Positions 36,122 to 45,907 of a DNA stretch of 52,941 bases are shown in pieces (within the stretch, counting starts at the first letter, position 1; every line of letters begins with the position of its first letter). The position numbers and the translations under genes were made by a program. The stretch is taken from the NCBI GenBank assembly GCA_031409655.1, contig JANNXQ010000179.1, positions 1-52,941 on the forward strand, written 5' to 3'. The notes under the pieces were generated by a model, which saw only the letters and a list, made by a program, of their open reading frames with translations, made no database searches and had not been told where the DNA came from. Source of the DNA: Chthoniobacteraceae bacterium. GTDB lineage: Bacteria; Verrucomicrobiota; Verrucomicrobiia; Chthoniobacterales; Chthoniobacteraceae.

Positions 36122-38632
36122 TCACGGAGCCGCGATCTCAAGACGCAGGAAGCGCCGACCACCGGGAGCGACCCCGATGGCGTTGTCGTCCCGGACTTCG
36201 AGCAAGGTCGCGGTGTCGGTGATCGTCGTCAGTCCGGCGCTCGACCACGAGATGAGATCGGGGGAAACCTGCACGGCGTAGCTGACATCGAGGAGCCTTT
36301 GCAGGCGCGGAGCGCGCAAGGTGAGATGCGCCGCCCCGCTGAGATCGACGACCACGGCTCCGGCGTTTGCCAGCGTCGGATTCAGGCCGAGCGCGTACTC
36401 GACGGCATTGCGGTAGCCATCCAGATCCGGGTCGGCGAGATCGGCGGCATTGCCAGTATTCGCCGGCGAGCCGAAGTAACTGTTGCGCCACACCTCGCGC
36501 GCCGTCCAAGGCGTGAAGCGCGAGATCGAACGGCCATTCGTGCTGATCCACACCGTGCCCGCGCGCCACGGATCGACCGCCACGGCCTGCGCATTGCCGA
36601 AGCGAAAGCCGGGCCGCGTGATCTCTTCCCAGTTCACTCCATTGTCGGGCGAGACGTAGATCTTGTTAAAGGCATCGCCGGTCCGCTGACCGATCGCGGC
36701 AAGTCGCCCCCCATGCACGTCGAATTCCGTGACGCTCGTGAAGGCGCCGCTCGCGATCCACGTCAAGCCAGCGTTGTCGCTGTAGTCAAAGCCGGTCGAA
36801 AATTCAGTGCCGACCCAAAGGCGTCCGCTCACCGCATCGACATGCAGATGGGCGTAAGTATTGCGCGGCTGCGCGGCAGGTTTCGTCCACGTCGCTCCGC
36901 GGTCGGTGGATTTGTAAAAGCCGCGATTGCGCAGGAAGAGATAACGCACGGCGGCATTGGTCGCGTCGCGATCGAGCGACGGATGCCAGTAAAATTTGTC
37001 TCCTGAATCGAAACCCGCCGGCAGTCCCGCGGCCTGCGCGAAGCTCGCACCTCCATCGGTGGTGCGATAGATGCCGCCAGTGCCCGCGCCGAGGACTCCG
37101 CCGACGAAGACAAGGAAGTCGTTCGCATTGTCCGAGGACGCCACCGCGTCGATGATCGCGCGGTTCGCCGCGGTTGGCAGGCCGGCGGCGGCGAGCTTCG
37201 TCCACGTCGCGCCGTGGTTCGTCGTCTTGTAGATCCGCGCACCATTACTCCCCTGCTCTCCGCCCGGCGCGATGACCTGCCCGGCACTGATGAGCAGCCG
37301 GTGGGAGAACATGATGTTGTCATCGGGATAGATGAAATGCGGATAAATGTAGCCGGAGGTCGAGCCACTCGCGCCGGCGTCGGCGACGGTCGCGCAGCCG
37401 AGATCGGCGAGCGGGAGCCACACGCGCTGCGGATCAGTCGGGTGAAAATTCACGCGCCACGCCACGGTCTCGCCGATGCCATGCGGATTCCCCACCCCGC
37501 CGACGATGTAGCGCCAGGTCGCACCGCCGTCGTCGCTGCGGAATGGGCCGAAGCCTCCACCGAGAAACCAGCGGCTCGCCAGCGTGGGGTCTTGCAGGAA
37601 ATTGTTGCGCCCGCCGAGCACCGTCGGGTGGCCGGGGTAATCCCACGCCGGCAGCGGACCGGTGAGCGTGAGCGGCAGCGTCGTCCACGTGGCACCGTTG
37701 TTCGTGCTCTTGCGGGTGAAGTTGAAAAGATCGGCCCCGATGAGGTCGCCATTCGCGAGCACCGAGATCGTCGCGAAATCCCCGCCGGGCGAGTAGGGCA
37801 GGCCGGCCAGGTAGTTCGCGTAGATGTTTGTGCTGGTGTAGGTCGCGGGGTTGTTCCAGTCCGTGGCCGTGATGCGGGAGAGCACGTTGCCACTATTGGT
37901 TCCGGCGACAAAGGTGGTGCCATCCGCCTTCCGGACCACGCGGTAGGCGCGCGTCATGGTCAGCACCTTGGTCCAGGCCACGCCGTGATCGACGGAAACC
38001 CACACGCCACCTTCCGCCGCGACCCAAATCTGATCAGGAAACGCCGGATGCATCGTCACGCCGCAGACGATCACATTCGGCGTGTCGAAGGTGGCCGGCG
38101 CGACGTTCGTCCAGTTCGCGCCCGCGTCGATGCTGCGGCGGAGCCCATCGCCGCGCGTGCCGGCCCACACTTCCGCGTCATTGCCCGGCTGGATCACGAT
38201 GCACTCCCCTCCGAAGCGCGGATCGTCGTTGCCGGAAAAATTCACGCCCGCGAGCACCTTCGTCCAGGTCGCGCCGGCATCCGTGCTCTTCCAGATGCCG
38301 CGACCCGCGGTCGTGTCGTAGGAAGTGCCCGTGCATTGATACACGACGTCCGCATTCCCCGGCGGCGTCGCCACGCCCTGCACAAAGGTGCTCCCCGTGG
38401 TCGTGAAATCCCCGCTGAGAAAAGTCCACGCGTCGCCGCGATTGTCGCTGCGATAGAGCCCGCCGACATCGGTGCGCCCGTAGAGGCGCCCACCTGGATG
38501 CGCCACGATCCCGCTGAACCAACCGCCGCCGTCGCAGTTCACCTGCTGGAAAGTGCCGGGGACAACGCCGCGCGCCTCGAAGCGCAAGACCAGCGAGAAG
38601 AGTGCGACGAATGCGCAAATGGGGAGCTTCAT
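36122..38632 (-). CDS. Secreted GH74-like (xyloglucanase-type) BNR-repeat protein with Verrucomicrobia-type C-terminal domain
   Basis: Signal peptide. GGGWFSGI...LYGRTDVGGLYR (GH74 catalytic-Asp motif). Many SxDxGxTW Asp-boxes. Tail ADPDLDGYRNAVEYALGLNP...YAVQVSPDLISW...RFLRLEI. Confidence 0.75.
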   Translation of the reverse strand: MKLPICAFVALFSLVLRFEARGVVPGTFQQVNCDGGGWFSGIVAHPGGRLYGRTDVGGLYRSDNRGDAWTFLSGDFTTTGSTFVQGVATPPGNADVVYQCTGTSYDTTAGRGIWKSTDAGATWTKVLAGVNFSGNDDPRFGGECIVIQPGNDAEVWAGTRGDGLRRSIDAGANWTNVAPATFDTPNVIVCGVTMHPAFPDQIWVAAEGGVWVSVDHGVAWTKVLTMTRAYRVVRKADGTTFVAGTNSGNVLSRITATDWNNPATYTSTNIYANYLAGLPYSPGGDFATISVLANGDLIGADLFNFTRKSTNNGATWTTLPLTLTGPLPAWDYPGHPTVLGGRNNFLQDPTLASRWFLGGGFGPFRSDDGGATWRYIVGGVGNPHGIGETVAWRVNFHPTDPQRVWLPLADLGCATVADAGASGSTSGYIYPHFIYPDDNIMFSHRLLISAGQVIAPGGEQGSNGARIYKTTNHGATWTKLAAAGLPTAANRAIIDAVASSDNANDFLVFVGGVLGAGTGGIYRTTDGGASFAQAAGLPAGFDSGDKFYWHPSLDRDATNAAVRYLFLRNRGFYKSTDRGATWTKPAAQPRNTYAHLHVDAVSGRLWVGTEFSTGFDYSDNAGLTWIASGAFTSVTEFDVHGGRLAAIGQRTGDAFNKIYVSPDNGVNWEEITRPGFRFGNAQAVAVDPWRAGTVWISTNGRSISRFTPWTAREVWRNSYFGSPANTGNAADLADPDLDGYRNAVEYALGLNPTLANAGAVVVDLSGAAHLTLRAPRLQRLLDVSYAVQVSPDLISWSSAGLTTITDTATLLEVRDDNAIGVAPGGRRFLRLEIAAP

Positions 38633-38691
38633 CGCCGTCCTTCGCACCCCGCATTGGCGAGGTCAATGCGCTTATCCCCGAGTCGGGACGG

Positions 38692-41154
38692 TCACACTTC
38701 GTGCAGCTTGAAATCGCCCGTCGAGCCGATGGCTGCGTCTGAATTGTGCAGACCGGAAGGATGAGGGATGCCGATGCCACGCACCCGGACCGGGCCGATG
38801 CGCTCGGCGACGATGCCGTATTGATCGAGCGTGCTCACAGACTCCGGACTACCCAGCGCGGTCCCGCGGATGGAGACGCTGCCGATCTTGGAAAAGGTGT
38901 TGGCCGTGTCCTTCACTCCTGGGCCGCCTAGTCCGATGTCGTCCGCAGTTCCGAAACGCGCATTGAGGCCCGGCCCGGCTCCGGCGACGACCGACGTCGC
39001 GATCCAATCGCCACCCACCCGCACGGAGCCAATCTGCGCGTCCGCATTTTTCCCGACGAGGTCGCGATCGTAGCCCGCGAAAATGGACGCATACTCGACG
39101 CGCCCGCGGACGATGATGCGGCTGATCGCCTGATCGGTCGTGGAGGTGGGCACCTCGCGGCCCCGGGCCACGATCGTGGCGATGGAATCCGCATTGCCGA
39201 TGATGCTGCCCTGCACTTGGAGGAGGCCGAGATTGTCGCCGGCCCGGATCGAGCCGTTGGAATTCAGATCACCCGCGACGCTGGTGTCGGTGCCCGTGAT
39301 GAAGGAACCGCCGATGAAGATGCTGCCGATGCGCCCGAGGCTCTCGATGTACCCACTGGCGCTCAAGTCGCCATCCGAACCCACGATGCTCCCGCCGACG
39401 AAATCGTTTTTAATGGCGATCCGCGAGATATTGCCCGAGGCAAAAATCTCGCCGGAATCGTCGCCCCGCCCGCCGATCACCGAACCGCCGATCGAGAGTG
39501 AACCGAGATTCCCGAGCGCGATGACGCTGCCCGAGCCCGCGCCCGAACCGCCCCGCAAGTCGCCTTTGATTTTCGCCAAGACCGTATCGCCGGTGCTTTG
39601 GATGAAGCCGCTGGCGAGGCCCGCGCCGCCGATCACCGAGCCACCCACGGACACCTGCCGGATCGTGCCGAAGGAAAAGATACTGCCGGAGGAAGGGCCG
39701 GCCCCGCCTTCGATATTCTGCCCGACGTAGGCGCGCCTGATGTCGCCATCGGCGAAAATCGTGCCGCCATTAAAATCGCCCGTGCCGATGATCGAGCCGC
39801 GGATCGAGACGGAGAAGATTCGCCCGTCCGTCCCGCCCGTCACATTAAACGCCGAACCCTCGATATCCCCAGACACGGTCAGGGCGCGCACCGGTCCGAT
39901 GATGTCGCTCGAGAGACTGGCGGTCGCGGGATCCTGCGTATCCAGTCCGAAGCGGCCCATGGAATTCACCCGGAGCGTCTTCACGCCGAAGGTCGAAGTG
40001 GTCGCATCGCCCGCATCGATCTGCCCGAGGTCGCCGCGCACGATGACGGTGCCGAGATCGTGCCCGGTGGCATTGATGAAACCCACATTCACCTGCCCGT
40101 CGCTGCCCCGGATCCGCTGCTGGACGTAGATGCTCACATTCGCGCGATCAAACTCCGCGCCGTCGTCGCTCAGGTTCACCTCGAGCAACTGGCTGCGCCC
40201 GCTCTGCAGCGTGGAGAAACGAAAATCCTCGGCGCTCAGCGAGCCCTTGCTCACCCGGACCAAGGCCTTGTCTCCATCCACATCGATGAAGGTCGCGGTG
40301 CGAGCGTTCACGATCGTCGCGCCGGGCATGGCCACCGCGAGTCCGGTGATCGCCGCACCCGAGCCGAGCGTGCTCACGAGAGTGGCGACACCCGTGGTGA
40401 GATTCACCGTGTAGAGGCTCGTCGTCGCTCCCACCTGGAGCGCGGCGTAGGCCGTGCCGGTTTGGTTCTGGATGTCAAAAGCCCCCACCGCAGTCGCATT
40501 CACCCCGAGCGCACCGATCGCCGTGACGGCTCCGCTATTCGGCGAAGGCGTGCCATTCAACCCGCCGATGCGCACCAGGCGATCGCTGCCGGAGTCGAGG
40601 CCAAAGAGCGTCGTCGTCGTGGCATCCGAGCCGTTCTGATCGTAGGCGACGTCGATCACCGGACCAGTCGCTGGGGCGGTGAAAGTGAGATTCGTGTCCG
40701 AGCCAGCGAGCGCGCCGGTGTCCGGATTCACGCGCAGACTTTCGCCGGCGCTGTTCGTGACGCGGAGACGATCCACGACGGGATTGAAATCGAAACCGTA
40801 AGACGCGCCGTCCGCCAGTCCGGTGCTAAAAGCCGTCCCGCCCACCTGCGTGGCCACGCCCGTCGTCGGGTTGATTTTATAAATGCGCCCCGTATCGAGC
40901 CCCGCAGTGTCCTGGATGCTGAGGGCGTAGATTTCGCCGGTGGTTGGCCGCACATCGAGATCCGCGATGCGCTCGCCAGCGCCGAATCCCGTGATCGTCA
41001 CCGAGGCCACGGTCCCGGCGGCGGTGCTGTCAAAAGTCAGGAGGTGATTGGCCGTATCCACGGCGAAAATCTTCGCCGGCGCGATCCGAGCCTCGAGGGG
41101 CTCGATGGCGGAAGTGGGGAGCGTGCGGCTGCTAGGCTGCGATGGTTTTTTCAT
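38692..41154 (-). CDS. Surface protein: LEPR-XLL-like leader, DUF4394-like propeller, Gly-rich 26-aa repeats
   Basis: IEPLEARIAPA leader. DVRPTTGEIY and GFDFNPVVDRLRV (DUF4394-like). Rear two-thirds paralogous to 12660..15383 (GDLGQIDAG, DAQIG.V.V...W.A...VAG). Confidence 0.78.
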   Translation of the reverse strand: MKKPSQPSSRTLPTSAIEPLEARIAPAKIFAVDTANHLLTFDSTAAGTVASVTITGFGAGERIADLDVRPTTGEIYALSIQDTAGLDTGRIYKINPTTGVATQVGGTAFSTGLADGASYGFDFNPVVDRLRVTNSAGESLRVNPDTGALAGSDTNLTFTAPATGPVIDVAYDQNGSDATTTTLFGLDSGSDRLVRIGGLNGTPSPNSGAVTAIGALGVNATAVGAFDIQNQTGTAYAALQVGATTSLYTVNLTTGVATLVSTLGSGAAITGLAVAMPGATIVNARTATFIDVDGDKALVRVSKGSLSAEDFRFSTLQSGRSQLLEVNLSDDGAEFDRANVSIYVQQRIRGSDGQVNVGFINATGHDLGTVIVRGDLGQIDAGDATTSTFGVKTLRVNSMGRFGLDTQDPATASLSSDIIGPVRALTVSGDIEGSAFNVTGGTDGRIFSVSIRGSIIGTGDFNGGTIFADGDIRRAYVGQNIEGGAGPSSGSIFSFGTIRQVSVGGSVIGGAGLASGFIQSTGDTVLAKIKGDLRGGSGAGSGSVIALGNLGSLSIGGSVIGGRGDDSGEIFASGNISRIAIKNDFVGGSIVGSDGDLSASGYIESLGRIGSIFIGGSFITGTDTSVAGDLNSNGSIRAGDNLGLLQVQGSIIGNADSIATIVARGREVPTSTTDQAISRIIVRGRVEYASIFAGYDRDLVGKNADAQIGSVRVGGDWIATSVVAGAGPGLNARFGTADDIGLGGPGVKDTANTFSKIGSVSIRGTALGSPESVSTLDQYGIVAERIGPVRVRGIGIPHPSGLHNSDAAIGSTGDFKLHEV

Positions 41155-41298
41155 AGTGATCAGTAAAATGGCGGGCCCTGGGTGCTAAGGGGCAAGACTC
41201 CGCCACTCTTTCAAGCAAGCACATCCCGAACCCCCGACGGGGCGGCAGTCCCTCGAAAGGCCGGTCGGCGAGGCGCTTCCTCTATCCCGCTGAGGCGG

Positions 41299-42702
41299 CT
41301 ACTTCGCCGGCTCCAGGTCCTCGGGCAGCGGGCGCCCCTTCGTCTCCGGCAGGAAGATCAACGCCACGAGCCCCACGAGGAAGATCACGCTCATGTAACT
41401 GGCCGCATTGCGGAAGGCGTCCATCTTCGCCGCGGCCTTCGCGACGTCCGTGGCCGTCGGCCCGAGCGCGGTGATCGCCGCCGTGGCGATGCTCATTTGC
41501 ATAACGCCCAGGGTAAAGGGCCCGCTCGCCGCGAGGAAACGCCCCACGTTATAGCAAAAGCTCGTCCCCGTGCTCCGCAGCCGCGTGGGGAAAAGCTCCG
41601 GCAGGTAAATGGCAAAGCCCGCGAAGAGCGAGAGCTGGAAAAAGCCCATGACCGCGCTCATCCAGATGTCGCTCTTACTATTGAAGAGTTGGAAATAGCC
41701 GATCGTCGCGGCCATCGCACAGACAAAGGCCACCGCGAAAGTCTTCCGGCGTCCCCAGCTTTGGGCAAATTTCGTGAAGACCAGCATCCCGAAAAACGCG
41801 CCGATGTTTTGCACGATCATATTCACCCCGATCCACTTCGTCTTCTGCCCCGGGATATCCGCCGCCGCCACGCCCTGCTCCTTCAGCGAACGCTCGATCA
41901 CATCGCCCACCAGTTCCGGACTGAAAAAGCCGATCCCCCAGAGGCCGATCACACCCGCGACGCAGAGCACCATCCCCAGCAGCGCCGAGCGCCGCCAGCG
42001 TGGATCACCGAAGAGCGACGCGTAGGAGCCAAACTTCACCCCCGCCAACCGCCCCGCCTCGCGCGCCTTCACCCACTTTTCAGGCTCCTTCAGCCGCATC
42101 TGGAGAAAGACACACATAAAGGCCGGTAGCGCACCGATAAGAAACATGTACTTCCACGCCATCCCCGCCGGAAAGGCGCGCCCCTCCAGACTGCCCAGCC
42201 ACATACTGATCACTCCCGCCGTCACATTTCCCACTGCCGAGAGCGCCTGCAATGTCCCCAGCGCACTGCTCCGCGCCGCATCCGGGAGACTGTCCGCGAC
42301 CAGCGCCACCGCCAGGCCAAACACCCCGCCGACGCCGAGCCCGGTGAGAAAGCGATAGATGGCAAAGTCGATCCACCCTTTGGAAAACGCCGAGAGCCCC
42401 GTGCAGACTGAATAGATGAGCACCGTGAGGGTCAGCGTCTTGGCCCGCCCAACGCGATCGCCCACCGAGCCAAAGATCAGCCCGCCCGTCGCCCAGCCCA
42501 TCACGAAGATCGACGTCGCATAACCCCCGTAGAGCTTCACATCCGTGCCCGGCGGCAGCAGCGCCTTCATCGCCGACCCACGAGCGAGGAGAAAGAGCTG
42601 CTGATCCAGGCAATCAAAAAGCCAGGCGAGCGAAGCCATGGCAAAGACGAACCAGTGATACCGAGTCAGGAGCTTCCACCAAGGCTGGGAGGTTTGAGAC
42701 AT
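41299..42702 (-). CDS. MFS transporter
   Basis: AWLFDCLDQQLF, motif A GSVGDRVGRAKTL, RFLTGLGVGG, PELFPTRLRSTG, FLPETKG. Confidence 0.92.
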   Translation of the reverse strand: MSQTSQPWWKLLTRYHWFVFAMASLAWLFDCLDQQLFLLARGSAMKALLPPGTDVKLYGGYATSIFVMGWATGGLIFGSVGDRVGRAKTLTLTVLIYSVCTGLSAFSKGWIDFAIYRFLTGLGVGGVFGLAVALVADSLPDAARSSALGTLQALSAVGNVTAGVISMWLGSLEGRAFPAGMAWKYMFLIGALPAFMCVFLQMRLKEPEKWVKAREAGRLAGVKFGSYASLFGDPRWRRSALLGMVLCVAGVIGLWGIGFFSPELVGDVIERSLKEQGVAAADIPGQKTKWIGVNMIVQNIGAFFGMLVFTKFAQSWGRRKTFAVAFVCAMAATIGYFQLFNSKSDIWMSAVMGFFQLSLFAGFAIYLPELFPTRLRSTGTSFCYNVGRFLAASGPFTLGVMQMSIATAAITALGPTATDVAKAAAKMDAFRNAASYMSVIFLVGLVALIFLPETKGRPLPEDLEPAK

Positions 42703-42781
42703 AAGGCCGCGGAGAATGCCCGGCGCCACCGGTCCATTCCAAGCTCCAAGCTGCACTTTCCGCAGAAAGGTCCGCCCTGCC

Positions 42782-43969
42782 CTACCCTGGCAGACACGCC
42801 GGGCCGATGGGCTCGAAGCTTTTGTAAACGAGCGAAAATTCGCGGTGGCCGAGGGCTTCGCTCGCGGTCTGGCCGCCGGCGGCGACATGCAGGATGCGGT
42901 CGTAGATTTCGTCGCCCACTTCTCCCAAGGTCGCGCGGCCTTCGAGGATGCGGCCGGCGTCGATGTCCATGTCTTCGCTCAGGCGGCGGTAGGTCTCGGG
43001 ATTCGCGCACACTTTGATGACGGGGGAAATGGCGCTGCCGACCACGGAGCCGCGGCCCGTGGTGAAGACGGTGACGTGGGAGCCGCAGGCGATGAGTTCG
43101 CCGATCTCCTGGATGTCGCTGATGTTCGGGAAGCCCCAGCGCGGCTCGCCATCGGGGACGACATCGAGGAGGTAAAGTCCGCCGCGCGGCGGCACATCGC
43201 CAGGGGTGAGGATGCCGGCGATGGGGGAGTTCCCACTCTTGCTGTAGGCCCCCATGGATTTCTCCTCCTGCGTGGTGAGGCCGCCTTCGGCATTCCCCGG
43301 CGCAAAGCTGCCGTGGCCCATGGTGGTGTAGTAACGCGCGGCTTTTTCCACGCAGGCAATGAGCGCGGGCGCGAGCTCAGGGCGCGCGGCGCGGGCGGCC
43401 ATGATTTGCTCGCAGCCGATGAGTTCGCCGGTTTCCTCGAAGATGACGCGGGCGCCGCTTTTCACGAGTCGATCAAAGGCGAGGCCGACGGCGGGATTCG
43501 CGGTGATGCCGCTAGTGGCATCGGAGCCGCCGCAGACGGTGCCGACGACGAGTTCCTCCACGCTCATCGGCGCGCGCGGCACGGCGGCCACTTTCTCCAG
43601 TGCCGACTCGATCCACGCGCGCCCCTCCTCGATCGTCTTCCGGGTGCCGCCGGTCTGCTGGATGACGAGGGTGCCCGAGGGGCGTCCGGTGGCCTCGATC
43701 TCGCGGAGGAGTTCCTGGCGGTTGAAGCCTTCGCAACCGAGCGAGACGAGCAGGGCGGCGCCGACATTGGGGTGCGTGCAGAGCTGCCGGAGCATGCGGT
43801 GCGCGTAGGCATTGGGGTAGCAGCCGGGGAAGCCGAGGAGATGCAACGCGTGATCGCGAAAGGGCTGGACGATCTCCCGCGCGACGTGGTGGGCGCACTC
43901 GACGAGATAGACGACGACGGTGATGTTGCGGATGCCTTTGCGGCCGTCGGTGCGGAGGTAGCCGGTCAT
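42782..43969 (-). CDS. UxaA/GarD/SuyB-family dehydratase, large subunit
   Basis: GYLRTDGRKGIRN, HPNVGAALLVSLGCE, CGGSDATSGITANPAVG, GNAEGGLTTQEEKSMG, FTTGRG. Confidence 0.9.
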   Translation of the reverse strand: MTGYLRTDGRKGIRNITVVVYLVECAHHVAREIVQPFRDHALHLLGFPGCYPNAYAHRMLRQLCTHPNVGAALLVSLGCEGFNRQELLREIEATGRPSGTLVIQQTGGTRKTIEEGRAWIESALEKVAAVPRAPMSVEELVVGTVCGGSDATSGITANPAVGLAFDRLVKSGARVIFEETGELIGCEQIMAARAARPELAPALIACVEKAARYYTTMGHGSFAPGNAEGGLTTQEEKSMGAYSKSGNSPIAGILTPGDVPPRGGLYLLDVVPDGEPRWGFPNISDIQEIGELIACGSHVTVFTTGRGSVVGSAISPVIKVCANPETYRRLSEDMDIDAGRILEGRATLGEVGDEIYDRILHVAAGGQTASEALGHREFSLVYKSFEPIGPACLPG

Positions 43970-43979
43970 GGGGAATGGG

Positions 43980-44083
43980 GAACATCGAACGTCGAACGTC
44001 GAACATCGAACATCGAGCACGGAGGAAGCGCGGGAGTCTTCTGCATTCGATGTTCGATGTTCGATGTTGGAAGTTCGATGTTC
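43980..44083. repeat. Gene-less palindrome of heptamer arrays
   Basis: (GAACRTC)5 GA at 43980-44016 faces TCGATGT TCGATGT TCGATGT TGGAAGT TCGATGT TC at 44047-44083. Confidence 0.88.
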
Positions 44084-44092
44084 ATCCGAGGC

Positions 44093-44431
44093 TCACTGCT
44101 GCTGTTGTTGCTGAGCAAAGTAACGACCCTGATCTTCCCGGAGAAACGTGGGGAGATAGTCGCTCTTTAAGTTGTGGGTATGGACGTGCTCGCCCGCCGC
44201 GATCGCGCGGGTGGCGGAGCCGATGGGCGCACCGTATTTTACGATCTTCGCGCCAGCGGGAATGGCTGCGGCGGCGAGCTTGTGACCGATGGCGAGCGCC
44301 ACGGGCATTTCCAAAGACGCTCCGGCGACTTCGACGCAATCACCGACGGCCAGCGGGGCGATGACGGTCAGCACGTTATCGTGCGGGTGGAGTCGCAGGA
44401 GTCGGGGATCGTGGAGAGGAGGTGTGGACAA
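44093..44431 (-). CDS. SAF-domain small subunit of a UxaA/SuyA-like dehydratase
   Basis: LHPHDNVLTV...GHKLAAAAIPAGAKIVKYGAPIGSATRAIAAGEHVHTHNL. Confidence 0.88.
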   Translation of the reverse strand: MSTPPLHDPRLLRLHPHDNVLTVIAPLAVGDCVEVAGASLEMPVALAIGHKLAAAAIPAGAKIVKYGAPIGSATRAIAAGEHVHTHNLKSDYLPTFLREDQGRYFAQQQQQQ

Positions 44432-44484
44432 GCGGGGAGAAGTTATCGCTTGCGGAAATGGGTGTCCACGGCTCCGTCCCGAAC

Positions 44485-45903
44485 CTACGCCAGCAAGGCC
44501 TTCACCACTTCGCCATGCACATCGGTCAGGCGGAATTCGCGGCCCTGGTATTTGAAAGTGAGCTTTTCGTGATCGAGGCCGAGGAGGCGGAGGATGGTGG
44601 CGTTCAAGTCGTGGACGTGGACGGGATTTTCCACGGGGCTGAATCCGAAGTCATCGGTGCGGCCGAAGGTCTGCCCGCCTTTGATCCCACCGCCGGCGAG
44701 CCACATGGTGTAGGCGTCCTTGTGATGATCGCGGCCGGGGTTGGTGCTTTTGCCGTCGCCGTCGATGCCTTGCGCGAGCGGGGTGCGGCCAAATTCCGAC
44801 CCCCAGATGACCAGCGTGTCTTCGAGCAGATGGCGCGCTTTCAGATCCTGGATGAGCGCCGACATCCCTTGATCCACGTCGCGGCATTTCGTGGGCAGGC
44901 GGCTGGCGATCGCGGAGTGATGATCCCAGTCCGCGTCGTAGAGTTCCACCACGCGCACGCCGCGTTCGATGAGACGGCGGGCGAGCAGGCAGTTATTGGC
45001 GAAAGAGGCCGCGCCGGGCTTCGCTCCGTAGAGGTCGAGGACGGACTGCGGCTCTTGCGAGAGATCGGTGAGTTCCGGGACGCTGGTCTGCATGCGCGCG
45101 GCCATTTCGTACTGGCTGATGCGCGTGGCGATCTCCGGATCGCCGACATCCGCGAGATGCCGTTCATTGAGCGACTTCACCGCATCGAAAACGCGGCGGC
45201 GATCGCTCTCCGTCTGACCTTTGGGATTGCTCAGGTAGAGCACCGGATCGCCGCTCGAGCGGAACTGAATGCCCTGATGCACGCTGGGCAGAAAGCCATT
45301 TGCCCACAGCGCCGTGCCCGCGCCACCGGGCGGGCCGGAGAGCAGGACGATGTAGGCAGGCAAATCCTGATTCTCCGTGCCGAGTCCATAGGTCACCCAC
45401 GAACCGAAACTCGGCCGTCCGCCGCGTCCGAAGCCAGTGTGCAGGAACATCTGCGCAGGGGCGTGATTGATCTCCTCGGTGTGCAGCGTCTTCACGATGG
45501 CGAGGTCATCGGCGACCTTCGTGAGGTGCGGGAGAAGCTCGGAGATTTCCTGTCCGCTCTGGCCGTGCTGCGCGAACTGAAACTTGGTCCCCGCGAGCTT
45601 CAGCTTGCCACCGATGAAGGCGAAGCGGCGTCCTTTCAAAAGCGACTCGGGACAGTCCTCGCCATTGCGTTTGTTCAGTTCGGGTTTGTCTTCAAAGAGA
45701 TCGAGCTGCGAGGGTGCGCCGATCATGTGGAGATAGATGACGCGCTTGGCTCGCGCCCTGAGCAGCGGCTTGCGCGCAGCAAGTGGGTTCGCCGGTGCGG
45801 CCACCGTCTGGTCATGGAGCAGCGAAGCGAGCGCGATGGCACCGAGGTTCAGGCCGGAGCGGTGGAAGAACTGGCGGCGGGAAAATGTTTCGTCGGCGTA
45901 CAT
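44485..45903 (-). CDS. DUF1501 protein (Tat-exported)
   Basis: SRRQFF twin-arginine motif. [60 protein letters not shown]. Confidence 0.9.
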   Translation of the reverse strand: MYADETFSRRQFFHRSGLNLGAIALASLLHDQTVAAPANPLAARKPLLRARAKRVIYLHMIGAPSQLDLFEDKPELNKRNGEDCPESLLKGRRFAFIGGKLKLAGTKFQFAQHGQSGQEISELLPHLTKVADDLAIVKTLHTEEINHAPAQMFLHTGFGRGGRPSFGSWVTYGLGTENQDLPAYIVLLSGPPGGAGTALWANGFLPSVHQGIQFRSSGDPVLYLSNPKGQTESDRRRVFDAVKSLNERHLADVGDPEIATRISQYEMAARMQTSVPELTDLSQEPQSVLDLYGAKPGAASFANNCLLARRLIERGVRVVELYDADWDHHSAIASRLPTKCRDVDQGMSALIQDLKARHLLEDTLVIWGSEFGRTPLAQGIDGDGKSTNPGRDHHKDAYTMWLAGGGIKGGQTFGRTDDFGFSPVENPVHVHDLNATILRLLGLDHEKLTFKYQGREFRLTDVHGEVVKALLA

Positions 45904-45907
45904 GGCA

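Noticed and set aside
26644..44083. Short tandem arrays (26644-26740, 43980-44083) as CRISPR arrays
   Set aside because: Units are 6-7 bp with no unique spacers between repeats, and there are no cas genes.
44096..44113. Poly-Gln tail (QQQQQQ) of the SAF subunit as a phase-variable tract
   Set aside because: Mixed CAG/CAA codons at the extreme C-terminus; length change would not shift the frame.
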